From NCBI GenBank assembly GCA_046350755.1, contig JAXLZV010000001.1, positions 544,823 through 608,822 on the forward strand: 64,000 bases of DNA, written 5' to 3'. Below the pieces are notes generated by a model. It saw nothing but the letters and a program-made list of their open reading frames with translations. It made no database searches and was not told the origin of the DNA. A program made the position numbers and the translations under genes. This document shows positions 46,145-55,472 of this stretch, one piece after another. This DNA is from Candidatus Saccharimonadota bacterium. Lineage in GTDB: Bacteria; Patescibacteriota; Saccharimonadia; CAILAD01; GCA-016700035. How positions within the stretch are numbered: the first letter of the stretch is position 1; each line of letters begins with the position of its first letter.

Positions 46145-46552
46145 TCAGCTGCCAGGGCAGCCTGTGCCGTGCCAGTGGCGGCGTTCGCCACGGGTGATCG
46201 CGGTGTCGTAGGCGACCGCATCCTGCACCCAATCAGGAGCATTGCGCGCCGGCGCGCCGGCGTAGGCGCCATGGCCAGCTCGAGCAGCCACCACTCGCCA
46301 GGTGGAATCCAGGAACTGATAGGCGCCAGAGGCACCGCTTGATGGGTTCCTGGCCCAGTAGCTGCCAGCAGTGTCCGATTCGTGCGCGCGGACGCAGACG
46401 AGGAAGGAGTTGTTCTTCACTGACTCGCGCTGATGCACGATCTGCATGAACAGCGCCTGCTCGTTGGCATTGCATGCGGTGGAGAGGCCACCGAGTACGA
46501 GCAGGGCAACACCGGCGAGCAGGGCTCGTCGTTTGGACATGAGGGTATGCAT
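46145..46552 (-). CDS. Rpf-like transglycosylase-like domain lipoprotein (Actinobacteria-type), GC-rich
   Basis: GGAG RBS. MHTLMSKRRALLAGVALLVLGGLSTAC lipobox. CVRAHESDTAGSYWARNPSSGASGAYQFLDSTW matches the C..ES...N..SGA.G.[FY]QF..STW pattern of the transglycosylase-like (Rpf) domain. Confidence 0.55.
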   Translation of the reverse strand: MHTLMSKRRALLAGVALLVLGGLSTACNANEQALFMQIVHQRESVKNNSFLVCVRAHESDTAGSYWARNPSSGASGAYQFLDSTWRVVAARAGHGAYAGAPARNAPDWVQDAVAYDTAITRGERRHWHGTGCPGS

Positions 46553-46813
46553 TTGTACACTCCAAGGTACACGAAGGCCAGGGGGAGGCCTTCTCGGAGT
46601 TGTCAGCTTGTGAGCTATCCTTACCACGCCTCGATGGTGTCTACGGCGTGACTAAGCTCAAGGTCTCAGCTTCTCAAATTTGCGTGCACGTACGGCACTC
46701 TTTGGGAAGTTCAGACTGGTTTGACAACCTAGCTATACTAACATCGTTTATTGAGTTAGGCAAGCTTAAAGATAATGTGTAGTGTTTATGCTGGCGAGCG
46801 GGGTCGTGGCATC

Positions 46814-47383
46814 TTAGAATTCACCACCGGGCTTACAGTAGTTTACCAGATCCCAGTGACACCAACCCCAGGCCGGGCTATCAACGGCGTCACGCAGGGC
46901 GAGGACGTTAAAATAGGGGTCATTCCAAGGGCCTTTGAGGAAAATTCGCTGTAACGTACTCGACAACTGGGCGCAGCCGGCGTATTGGCTGCCAGGACGG
47001 CGAGCATTCGGATTGTTAGTTGACTCTCGAAAGACGACTTTGACGGCGCGGGGGTAGTCGACCCGGTCATTGAAAATATAATCGACGGCTTCTCGGCAAT
47101 TACTTAAGGGTTTATAGGCAGGACTGAGATTAGCGTACTGGGGTGGAGTGCGTTTGGCGGCCAGGGCATCGGCAGCATCGAGACAGTTTCCATAAGCGGT
47201 GGTGGCTTCAGTGATCCCACTACACAGTTGTCGCATAGCTGTGAGGTCGAGCTCCTTGCTGGCTTGTGAAGTATTTTTCGGAACTGGGAATGAAAATGCA
47301 CTGGCCAGAATCACGATCGCGAGGGTCGCCACTGTGGTCAATGCATATGACTGTTTTTGTGTGAATTGTGTTTTGTGGTTCAT
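46814..47383 (-). CDS. secreted Cys-containing protein, hypothetical
   Basis: N-terminal TM/signal segment and multiple Cys. Confidence 0.4.
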   Translation of the reverse strand: MNHKTQFTQKQSYALTTVATLAIVILASAFSFPVPKNTSQASKELDLTAMRQLCSGITEATTAYGNCLDAADALAAKRTPPQYANLSPAYKPLSNCREAVDYIFNDRVDYPRAVKVVFRESTNNPNARRPGSQYAGCAQLSSTLQRIFLKGPWNDPYFNVLALRDAVDSPAWGWCHWDLVNYCKPGGEF

Positions 47384-47458
47384 AACTGTCGTTACAGATT
47401 ACGACAGTTCCTATTTTAGCATAACTGGCATCATTTTTCAAGCCCCCCTAGCTTCGGG

Positions 47459-48238
47459 TTAAGGGCGATGTTGCTTGAGGGCTTGGCGCAATTCGCGGGG
47501 GTGGTTTGTGGTGATGAAGTCAGCCTGTGAGCCAATTTCTTGGCGGAGCTCTTCATCTTGGCCCATCCAGAGATCAACCGGTTTTCCGAGCTGGTGCAGT
47601 CGTTCGGTGTAGCGGGGACTGGCCTTTCGAGAGGCGATGGCTAAAGCGTCAAACCGGCTCACCAACCATCCTGGCGGCGTCCAGCCAAGCAGGGGAATAA
47701 AGGCCCAACAGGTTTTTGCGGCTGGATTATTTTTCTCGATCTGCATGAGCAGTCGGGGATCAAAGGAAAGAAACAGGGTGTTATTGAGAAGTTTGCGGCT
47801 GGCGACGGCATCATAAACCCGTCGAGCGAACCGGCCCGGATTTAAGTGATAAAACTTAAGCTCGATGACGTAATTTGTGCGTTCACCAAAATTCTCCAGG
47901 ACTTCATCGAGAGTGGGGATGCGTTCGCCGGCAAACCGCTCAGAGTGTGATCGGCCAGCATCGAGGGTTTTAATTTCTCGGAGAGATTTATGGGCGACTA
48001 GGCCGCTACCATTTGTGGTGCGCTGCAACCAGGGATCGTGCATGACGATGAGTTTTTTGTCTTTGGTTTGTTGCACGTCTAATTCAATCGCATCGGCTTT
48101 TTGGCGTATCGCTTCTCGAAAGGCTGCAAGTGTATTCTCGGGGGCATCGGCTGAAGCGCCACGATGGGCGATGATGACTGGTTGAGACCGTTTGCGAAGG
48201 AAGAAGTTGTTTGGATCGTTGTTCATTATTGGCATCAT
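47459..48238 (-). CDS. glycerophosphodiester phosphodiesterase
   Basis: VIIAHRGASADAPENTLAAFREA...ELDVQQTKDKKLIVMHD. Confidence 0.75.
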   Translation of the reverse strand: MMPIMNNDPNNFFLRKRSQPVIIAHRGASADAPENTLAAFREAIRQKADAIELDVQQTKDKKLIVMHDPWLQRTTNGSGLVAHKSLREIKTLDAGRSHSERFAGERIPTLDEVLENFGERTNYVIELKFYHLNPGRFARRVYDAVASRKLLNNTLFLSFDPRLLMQIEKNNPAAKTCWAFIPLLGWTPPGWLVSRFDALAIASRKASPRYTERLHQLGKPVDLWMGQDEELRQEIGSQADFITTNHPRELRQALKQHRP

Positions 48239-48281
48239 AGCATTTTCCGGCGTGGTAGACTGGTAACAGATAGGAGAGCTG

Positions 48282-48935
48282 ATGACGAAGCGAGAAGTGA
48301 TATTGGCGGAGCGAGCTTTTTTGGTCGACACGTTACGTGGCTTGCAGGCCCGCCAGTGGCGAGCAGAAACACTCTGTGCTGGTTGGACGATCGAAGATTT
48401 AGCCGCCCATCTGCTGGTGCGTGAGCGGGGCGGGATTCTGGCGCGATCTGGTATCGTCCTGCCATTTCTCCATCATAGGCATGATGCGGCAATTGTGAAA
48501 ATGAAGCGCATCAGTCATGAAGAACTGCTGCGTCGGCTAGAGAAACCACCAGCTTGGATACCACTACTCAGCTTCAACGTGATTGAATTTTATGTTCACA
48601 ACGAGGATATATTGCGTGGGGGATTGCAGCGTACTCGCCAGCTCAGTGACGAACTAGAGTCGGCGTTATCGGGTTTTGTGCCCATTCTGTCGAAATTAGC
48701 TTTTCGTCGAGTGGTTGGTTCGTTTCGCCTCATTATGCATGACACGGCGGCCGATCAGATTCATGAGCAGGTGATTGGTAGGGGGGCGGTCTCGGAATTG
48801 CCTGAATTGCGCCTCGAGGGTCCACCCGGAGAATTCATCATGCTTTTTATGGGGCGAGGTCGACAGGCACGACTTAAGCAGGAGGGTGATCGATCGGCGC
48901 GCGAGATCTATAAAGTTGCTGATATCGGGGTATAA
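48282..48935 (+). CDS. maleylpyruvate isomerase N-terminal (DinB_2/TIGR03083-like) domain protein
   Basis: ERAFLVDTLRGLQARQWRAETLCAGWTIEDLAAHL is the N-terminal signature of the mycothiol-dependent MDMPI_N/DinB_2 family, typical of Actinobacteria. Confidence 0.5.
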   Translation: MTKREVILAERAFLVDTLRGLQARQWRAETLCAGWTIEDLAAHLLVRERGGILARSGIVLPFLHHRHDAAIVKMKRISHEELLRRLEKPPAWIPLLSFNVIEFYVHNEDILRGGLQRTRQLSDELESALSGFVPILSKLAFRRVVGSFRLIMHDTAADQIHEQVIGRGAVSELPELRLEGPPGEFIMLFMGRGRQARLKQEGDRSAREIYKVADIGV

Positions 48936-49015
48936 AGGGGAGTCATTGGGTCATCTAGACAACAGGTTTGAAATCTGTTATGATATCAGCTTACTCTATC
49001 CAAGGAGAGCACCTT

Positions 49016-49534
49016 ATGGCAGACGAGAATCCGATCGAAGAACCGCTTCGATCATCGATGCATCCATCATTGTGGCCAGGTCGGACAACCGACCTAGAGC
49101 TCACTGATGAGCGCGGAAACGATGTGTACATCGGTTTCGCGACCACATTTGACGGCCAGCAGCGCGTGAAGTGCCTGGTCAACCCGAGCGACATGCGGCC
49201 TCAGTCCGAGGTTGTGCTCAGGCTCAGTGACGCCGAGAAGTTGGCGGACGCGGTTGAAGCCTATCTCAGCGATGATCTGGCCCAGCATCCGCGCTATTAC
49301 TACGACGCAGTCCGGACGCGCAATCGTCTGGTCACGGTCTCAGCGATGGCTTCCGAGACGGTACGCTACATCGTGTTGTGTATCGCTGATCACGCAGCTT
49401 GGTTGAATTTTCAGGATGCCAGGCACGTGATCCAGGCCATTCGCGACTACAGTCGATTGATCACCCAGAGCGCATCGCCGTTGGCACGTTCTCGAGTTCG
49501 GCCGTTGGCAATCGTCGCGACCGACCACAGCTAA
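49016..49534 (+). CDS. hypothetical protein, GC-rich
   Basis: AAGGAGAG RBS, with a TAGACA-17-TATGAT promoter-like element upstream. Confidence 0.45.
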   Translation: MADENPIEEPLRSSMHPSLWPGRTTDLELTDERGNDVYIGFATTFDGQQRVKCLVNPSDMRPQSEVVLRLSDAEKLADAVEAYLSDDLAQHPRYYYDAVRTRNRLVTVSAMASETVRYIVLCIADHAAWLNFQDARHVIQAIRDYSRLITQSASPLARSRVRPLAIVATDHS

Positions 49535-49590
49535 TCGTTCTTGCCGCCCATACAGTCCAAACACTTCAGACCAAGGATGAGTGATGTCCC

Positions 49591-49983
49591 GTGAGTGGAA
49601 TTTCGAGTGTCGGTGAGTTGGTTGCAGTCCTCTGTCACACGGATGATTGCTGCCCTGAGATCCACTACCACAAGCATGATCCCGACGATCAGTGCTTCGA
49701 GGTCATCGATGACTTCGGCAACACCGCCCGTTTTGGCCCGGACAGCCTGCTGCTGGAGGTGCCGCGGTCGTGCGAGTCCGACTCACTGCTGTATCGCCTG
49801 AGTGGCGTCGATGGTGAGGAGGTCTACATGACTGCCGGCCAGCATCATGAGCTGTTCGATCCGGCGACCGTCAAGCGGATCGTCAAGATCGGACGGCGAC
49901 GCGGTATCGCCATGAAGCTGGCTCGTCGTCACTCCAAGCGCATGCGCCGAGTCGACGAGGTGAGCTACGCCTCTTTGAGCTGA
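49591..49983 (+). CDS. hypothetical Cys-rich protein with basic C-terminus, GC-rich
   Basis: GTG start. Followed by a terminator at 49999-50036. Confidence 0.4.
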   Translation: MSGISSVGELVAVLCHTDDCCPEIHYHKHDPDDQCFEVIDDFGNTARFGPDSLLLEVPRSCESDSLLYRLSGVDGEEVYMTAGQHHELFDPATVKRIVKIGRRRGIAMKLARRHSKRMRRVDEVSYASLS

Positions 49984-49998
49984 TCGCTTGATCGCGAT

Positions 49999-50036
49999 TC
50001 GCCCTAGGAACCTTCGGGTTTCTGGGGCGCTTTTTA
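49999..50036 (+). terminator. rho-independent terminator
   Basis: CGCCCTAGGAACC-TTCG-GGTTTCTGGGGCG + TTTTTA. Confidence 0.6.
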
Positions 50037-50061
50037 TGTAGGGCTCTGGTAGGATACGATT

Positions 50062-50784
50062 ATGCAGACAGCAACGGAATATATCACGGCCTTGCGACGG
50101 CTAGCCGATCCAGAGCGAGCTAAGCACTCAGCGCGATTTTTTAAAACTGGCGTTGGCGAGTACGGTGAAGGCGATAAATTTTTAGGGGTAACCGTGCCGC
50201 AAAATCGTCGACTGGTGCGGCAGTGCGAGAGGATGCCAATGGTCGAAGTTGAGAAGCTCATGCAAAGCCGCTGGCATGAGGTGCGGCTGGGTGCCTGTTT
50301 GATTCTGGTTCTGCAATATGAACAAGCCGATCGTGTGCGACAGACCAAAATCTTTGATTTTTATCTCGCGCATCGTCAATACGTGAATAATTGGGACTTA
50401 GTCGATACGTCCACGCCAAATATCATTGGTATGGAACTGGTCGTTCGTCAGGACTGGTCGTTATTGGAAAAGCTAGCGCAGTCGGAAAATATTTGGGAGC
50501 GGCGGATAGCAATGCTAGCGACACTGGCATTTATCGTGAAGGCAGGTGACGCGCGGCCGACATATGCGATTGCTGAGAAGTTGCAGACTGACTCGCATGA
50601 TCTGATACAAAAGGCAGTTGGTTGGATGCTGCGCGAGGCCGGGAAACGGGTCAGTGAAGAAGCGCTCGAGGCCTGGCTGCAGCAGGATGGCCGGTATAAA
50701 ACCCTGCCACGAACGCTGTTGCGTTATGCCATAGAGCGTTTGCCGCAGACCAGACGTAAACAATATTTACGGGGCGAGCTATAA
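50062..50784 (+). CDS. DNA alkylation repair protein (AlkD/AlkC HEAT-repeat family)
   Basis: RLADPERAKHSARFFKTGVGEYGEGDKFLGVTVPQNRRLV. Confidence 0.65.
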   Translation: MQTATEYITALRRLADPERAKHSARFFKTGVGEYGEGDKFLGVTVPQNRRLVRQCERMPMVEVEKLMQSRWHEVRLGACLILVLQYEQADRVRQTKIFDFYLAHRQYVNNWDLVDTSTPNIIGMELVVRQDWSLLEKLAQSENIWERRIAMLATLAFIVKAGDARPTYAIAEKLQTDSHDLIQKAVGWMLREAGKRVSEEALEAWLQQDGRYKTLPRTLLRYAIERLPQTRRKQYLRGEL

Positions 50785-50876
50785 ATACAAAACCCGGACG
50801 TGCGTCCGGGTGAGCTCCCTTGTCTCGAGTGTAGTCAGCGTAGCAGGTTCAGACGTTGAACCCAAGCATGAGCACA

Positions 50877-52088
50877 TTAATCGTCAAAGTAGAAGCGTTG
50901 ATCTGTTAGGTCGTCCGGTAAGAAGCCATCAGGAGCCTGAAAATCGGCCTGCCACTGATAGCTTTTGCCATAACCAAGCTCTTTCATCAGCTTGGTCGGA
51001 GCATTGCGCAGACCGAGTGGCACTTGGGCGGTTGGATTATCGCGGACGGCTTTTTTCGCTCGACCCATGGCATCGGCGACAGCTCGGCTCTTTGGAGCTT
51101 TGGCGAGCGCGATAGTGGTGTGGGCGAGCGTGTATTCGCACTCCGGTAGGCCAACGCGTTCAACGGCCTGGAAACAGGAAACAGCTAGGTTCAGCGCCGC
51201 GGGAGCTGCCATACCGATGTCTTCGGAGGCTAAGATTACCAAGCGACGAGCGATAAATTTTGGATCTTCGCCAGCGCTCAGCATGCGGAAGAGGTAGAAG
51301 AGCGCAGCATCGATGTGGCTGCCACGGATGGATTTTATGAACGCCGAGATGGTGTTGTAATGATAATCGCCGGACTTATCGTAGCTGAGCGAAACTTGCT
51401 GCATAGCCTGCTCGACGGATTCGGGAGTGAGCTTGACTGGCGATACTTGAACGGCGGATTCGAGGCCATTGAGCGCGGCTCGAGCATCACCAGCCGCAAA
51501 TTCGGCCAAGAGCTCGAGGGCTTTTGGCTGTGCTTTCAGCTGAGGATACTTTTTCGTAGCGCGCTTGAGTAATTTTACGAGCGATGGCTTGTCGATTGGT
51601 TCGAGTACGATGACTCGACTACGCGACAGCAACGGGGTGATAACTTCAAAACTCGGATTCTCGGTCGTAGCGCCGATGAGGATAATCGTACCGTTTTCGA
51701 TGACGGGGAGAAACGCATCCTGCTGAGCTTTATTAAAGCGATGAATCTCATCGACGAAAAGTATCGTCCGCATACCGAGTCGCTGCATCCCACGGGCGTC
51801 TTCAATCACTCGCATAACGTCGGCCTTACCGGCCGTAACGGCTGAGATCTCAATAAAATGATAGTCACCGGAGCCGGCGATGATGCGAGCTAAGGTCGTC
51901 TTACCACAGCCTGGTGGACCCCAGAAGATGAGCGAGGTCGCTTCGCCTTTGTCGATGAGTTGACGGACGAATTGTCCTTGACCGATGACAGACTCTTGGC
52001 CGACCATTTCCTTAAGCGAGGTTGGTCGCAGGCGATCGGCCAGCGGTCGAAACTCCGGTGTCTCGGTGGGCAGACGTTTAGCGTTCAT
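50877..52088 (-). CDS. rarA: replication-associated recombination protein A (AAA+ ATPase)
   Basis: FWGPPGCGKTTLARIIA (Walker A), DEIHRFNK (Walker B) and a C-terminal MgsA-type domain. TATAAT sits 6 nt upstream of the ATG. Confidence 0.8.
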   Translation of the reverse strand: MNAKRLPTETPEFRPLADRLRPTSLKEMVGQESVIGQGQFVRQLIDKGEATSLIFWGPPGCGKTTLARIIAGSGDYHFIEISAVTAGKADVMRVIEDARGMQRLGMRTILFVDEIHRFNKAQQDAFLPVIENGTIILIGATTENPSFEVITPLLSRSRVIVLEPIDKPSLVKLLKRATKKYPQLKAQPKALELLAEFAAGDARAALNGLESAVQVSPVKLTPESVEQAMQQVSLSYDKSGDYHYNTISAFIKSIRGSHIDAALFYLFRMLSAGEDPKFIARRLVILASEDIGMAAPAALNLAVSCFQAVERVGLPECEYTLAHTTIALAKAPKSRAVADAMGRAKKAVRDNPTAQVPLGLRNAPTKLMKELGYGKSYQWQADFQAPDGFLPDDLTDQRFYFDD

Positions 52089-52165
52089 ATATGCATTATA
52101 GCAAATATGTACGAACGGCTTACGAACATAGAAATGATGTTGCAAGATTTGCTATCATTACAACT

Positions 52166-52330
52166 ATGAAGCCAAGTTTGCGGGCACAAAAAGGTGGGGT
52201 AATTCTAATGTCACTGATCGCCATCGCCATCGTCCTGACCGTTGTCGGCTTGGTCTGGTACGCCTACAACGGTGGGGTGCGGACGAGTGTTAAGCCCAGC
52301 CCAACTCTGAAGCTCAACATCAGCAATTAA
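52166..52330 (+). CDS. small single-TM protein, hypothetical
   Basis: MKPSLRAQKGGVILMSLIAIAIVLTVVGLVWYAY. Confidence 0.3.
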   Translation: MKPSLRAQKGGVILMSLIAIAIVLTVVGLVWYAYNGGVRTSVKPSPTLKLNISN

Positions 52331-53811
52331 CGTTGGCTCGATGAGCTTGAGCTGCTGGATGTAGGCAAGTAATTGCCGTAGTCCGAACCGATAATGATTA
52401 CAAAATCTTGCGACGGGTTTTTCACCTCTTTTTCTGGAGCTGTGGCGGTAACTTTCAAGAGTCCTTCGAGGTAGGCTTTGGTGGCGTTTTTCTTCCCGCC
52501 AGTATAGTCGATGATTTGCGTCGTGCTGTAATCGCGCTTAATGGCGTTCGTTACTGTCACGATGGTGACAGGAGTTTTTGAGCTGGTAATCTTGTTCTCG
52601 AGTTTGCCGCCCAGGCCCGGAACGCTGGTGCCGTTTTCGATCACAATCTTTGCGTTTTCCTCCCAGATGGAACCAACTGTAAAGATGTTTTTCACAAAAC
52701 TTTGAATTGAGCTGAGGGTAGCATCAACTGGCACGAGATCTGACGAGCCATCTGGCGAAGCCTTCAGGAAGCCATTTGGCTCAAGCGAAAAGACCGCGTT
52801 AATAAACTGGTCATTAGGAGTGTCTTTTGTGAGGTCATTGAGACGCATCATTTCACCAACTGACATGTCGGTTTTGACATTATTACCGGCAGTTTGAATG
52901 AGGCCGGTTATTTTCGCTGGATTGAGAATCGTGTTCAGACTTAGGGCTTTGGCACGGATTGCCGTGATCACTTCTTGTTGGCGAGAGGCTCGTCCGAAGT
53001 CGTCACCACAGGTGCCTTTGCGGCAGCGGGCGTACTTGAGCGCCGTCGCACCATCAACCTGTTGTTTGCCTGGCAGCATCTTGAAGCCGCAACTACGCCA
53101 TTGATTTTTATCACAGGGGTATTCGGGGTCTGACAGCAGCTGTTTATTGTCGACCTCGATGCCGCCAACCGCGTCAACGGCTTCTTTCAAACCGGTAAAA
53201 TTGGCCCTAACGTAATAGTGAATCGGAATATCAAGAAAATCTTCGGCTGTGCGTTGGGCCAACGGGATGTCACCGTAGGCGTGGGCATTATTAATTTTGT
53301 GATAACCATAGCCAGGAATCTTCACACGAGTATCGCGCGGGATAGAAATCAAGGCGACTTTTTTATCTCTGGTGTCAACGCTCATCACGATATTGGTGTC
53401 GGCAAGACCCTCGCCGTCGTGACCAGGGTCACCGACCCCAAGCAAGAGTATGTTGACGCGACCCTCGTCTTCACCTTTGAGTTTTTGGTCGAGCTTAAAG
53501 AAGTTTGGAGCTACTTTGACGACGTTGCGTAAGGTAAAGATAGCGAAGGCTATCCCCGCGACCACGCCGGCGACCAATAGGCCAATCAGTAATTTTTTCC
53601 ACCATGGCTTGCGTTTCTTGTCCCGTGGCGCAAGCTTCTTGAGGTCGTGACGCTTGTCCTTGATCGGGTCGTACACGAAATCAGGTTGAATCGATTTTTT
53701 CACCGGTTCACCTGGTTTCTCGATTGGCGCTGGATCGGTTGGGAGTTGAGTTTCGGCAGTATGATCATGCGGTTTGGGGTGGACGCGCTTCGACGCCTCG
53801 GGATCGTGCAT
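52327..53811 (-). CDS. LytR-CpsA-Psr (LCP) family protein, membrane-anchored
   Basis: NILLLGVGDPGHDGEGLADTNIVMSVDTRDKKVALISIPRDTRVKIPGYGYHKINNAHAYG matches the LCP core. N-terminal Pro/Lys-rich region and a TM segment. Confidence 0.7.
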   Translation of the reverse strand: MHDPEASKRVHPKPHDHTAETQLPTDPAPIEKPGEPVKKSIQPDFVYDPIKDKRHDLKKLAPRDKKRKPWWKKLLIGLLVAGVVAGIAFAIFTLRNVVKVAPNFFKLDQKLKGEDEGRVNILLLGVGDPGHDGEGLADTNIVMSVDTRDKKVALISIPRDTRVKIPGYGYHKINNAHAYGDIPLAQRTAEDFLDIPIHYYVRANFTGLKEAVDAVGGIEVDNKQLLSDPEYPCDKNQWRSCGFKMLPGKQQVDGATALKYARCRKGTCGDDFGRASRQQEVITAIRAKALSLNTILNPAKITGLIQTAGNNVKTDMSVGEMMRLNDLTKDTPNDQFINAVFSLEPNGFLKASPDGSSDLVPVDATLSSIQSFVKNIFTVGSIWEENAKIVIENGTSVPGLGGKLENKITSSKTPVTIVTVTNAIKRDYSTTQIIDYTGGKKNATKAYLEGLLKVTATAPEKEVKNPSQDFVIIIGSDYGNYLPTSSSSSSSSQR

Positions 53812-53871
53812 ATAAGTAGTATTATACCGTGCAGGGTGTCAGATAAGCACGGGCTTTTTGGTAATATTTGC

Positions 53872-54459
53872 TTAATTCAGAATGTCGAGGGCAGAAGACA
53901 CTTCCTGAACGCAGGCACCGAGCTTATCGTTGACGGCAATTATAAGGTGGCCGGCTGAAGCTTGGCTGAGGGCCCAGGCCCGTTCTTGGGCGGCTTGACT
54001 AAGGCGTGTATCAAGCTCTTCCGGGCTAATGTGGGGTTCGCGCTCGAGTAGGCGCCGTTTTTGCTCAGCAGCGTTTGGGAAATCAAGAAATACGGCGTGC
54101 ACGTCGTATTCGCAATCTGCGAAGTGTTCGATGCCGGCCGGGTCGACCTCGAGAATCGGAATTTTCTTATACCGACAGATGCGAGCTAGCTCTGAATGGA
54201 GTGTCCCATACCGATGCCCATAGATCTGGGTGTGTTCGATAAGCTGGTTGGTTGCTAACAGCCAGTCATAACGTTCGTCGTCGACAAAATAGTAATCCAC
54301 GCCGAATCGTTCAGACTGGCGGGCGGGCCAACGGGTAGACACTGACACGGCTGGCTCGAGCTGGGGGTAGGTGGCAACGAGTTTTTCGAGAATAGTGTTT
54401 TTGCCGACACCTGAGCTGCCAGAAATAAGGATAATAGGTTGTTTACCAGGTTTGCGCAT
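53872..54459 (-). CDS. gmk: guanylate kinase
   Basis: GSSGVGKNT P-loop, SVSTRWPARQSE (an S-x-TR motif), and length of 196 aa. Confidence 0.8.
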   Translation of the reverse strand: MRKPGKQPIILISGSSGVGKNTILEKLVATYPQLEPAVSVSTRWPARQSERFGVDYYFVDDERYDWLLATNQLIEHTQIYGHRYGTLHSELARICRYKKIPILEVDPAGIEHFADCEYDVHAVFLDFPNAAEQKRRLLEREPHISPEELDTRLSQAAQERAWALSQASAGHLIIAVNDKLGACVQEVSSALDILN

Positions 54460-54496
54460 GATTTGAGCATAGCATAAATCGCAAACGCTTATGCTA

Positions 54497-54525
54497 TTGA
54501 CATAAGCGTAAATAATAGTTATAGT
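54497..54525 (+). promoter_or_regulatory. near-consensus promoter TTGACA-17-TATAGT
   Basis: TTGACA at 54497-54502 and TATAGT at 54520-54525. Confidence 0.5.
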
Positions 54526-54531
54526 AACGTC

Positions 54532-54695
54532 ATTATGAATATATGTATCAACATCATGTTTGATCTTCCGAAACAGTCGGCCGACTATCGCTCGGCGGTC
54601 GGTTTTGACGCACGTATTTTTTCTGGAGGCCGTAACGGCTAAGTAATCAGTTGTTTTCAAGCAATCGGCCTCCGAGATAGGAGGCCTTTTGTTTT
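54532..54695 (+). ncRNA. candidate ~165-nt sRNA or leader (could instead encode a 39-aa peptide) ending in an intrinsic terminator
   Basis: The promoter is followed by a GTCGGCCGAC palindrome region and a GGCCTCC-GAGATA-GGAGGCC + TTTTGTTTT terminator at 54667-54695. Confidence 0.3.
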
Positions 54696-54775
54696 GACAA
54701 AGTAAGTATATCTCGGGAATCGATTGCTCGATGAGAATGTCCCATCGAGAGTACCTTTGACCCTTAGGAGGGGAC

Positions 54776-55423
54776 ATGGGATTTGGTTGTCACATGAAAA
54801 TTGAGGATGAGCAAGCGGGTGAGGTTTTGCTGAAGCCGTTTGCAAGTGATGATCTGACACAGATGATGCCGGGCATGCAGCAGCACTCGACTCTCAGGTG
54901 GCTGTCGCTGCGTGACGCTCAGACATCCGAAGGCGAACAGGCTTGGTATGAGCGCGTCAGTGCTTCTGTGACAGACGTGATCTTTGGTGTGTTTGTCGAA
55001 GATCGGCTGATCGGCAGCTTCGGACTGCATGGCTTGGCTGACTCTCGGGCAACAGCCGGCGCAGTAATTTTTGCGTCGGATCGCCGGAGCGCCGGTATCG
55101 GCACCAGCGTGACCCGTGCCGGACTCTACTATGCCGTACAGGTGCTCGACATTCTCGTCATCGATTCATCTGTCATGGCGCTCAACGAGCGCTCGCATCG
55201 GCTGCAAGAGTCGGCTGGTTTTGTGACGACCGGGCGGATTGTGCACTCACAGTTCGTCGATGGTCAGCCGTGTGATCTGCTGAATCTGGTCTGGGTGAAT
55301 CCGGACAGCCACGCCTGGGACTACTTCTGGCGCGGAGCCGATCCGGGAGCCGAATTCCACGAAGCTCGCAGCCGCGCGCAGCGGGCTCTCGACTGGGCTG
55401 AAGAGCACATCACGCTCCTCTAG
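54776..55423 (+). CDS. GNAT family N-acetyltransferase, GC-rich
   Basis: AGGAGGGG RBS. Acetyl-CoA-binding-like RSAGIGTSVTRAGL. Terminator at 55431-55461. Confidence 0.5.
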   Translation: MGFGCHMKIEDEQAGEVLLKPFASDDLTQMMPGMQQHSTLRWLSLRDAQTSEGEQAWYERVSASVTDVIFGVFVEDRLIGSFGLHGLADSRATAGAVIFASDRRSAGIGTSVTRAGLYYAVQVLDILVIDSSVMALNERSHRLQESAGFVTTGRIVHSQFVDGQPCDLLNLVWVNPDSHAWDYFWRGADPGAEFHEARSRAQRALDWAEEHITLL

Positions 55424-55472
55424 CTCTACCGCCCCCACCGACAGGTGGGGGCAATTCTTTTATACTGTAAGT

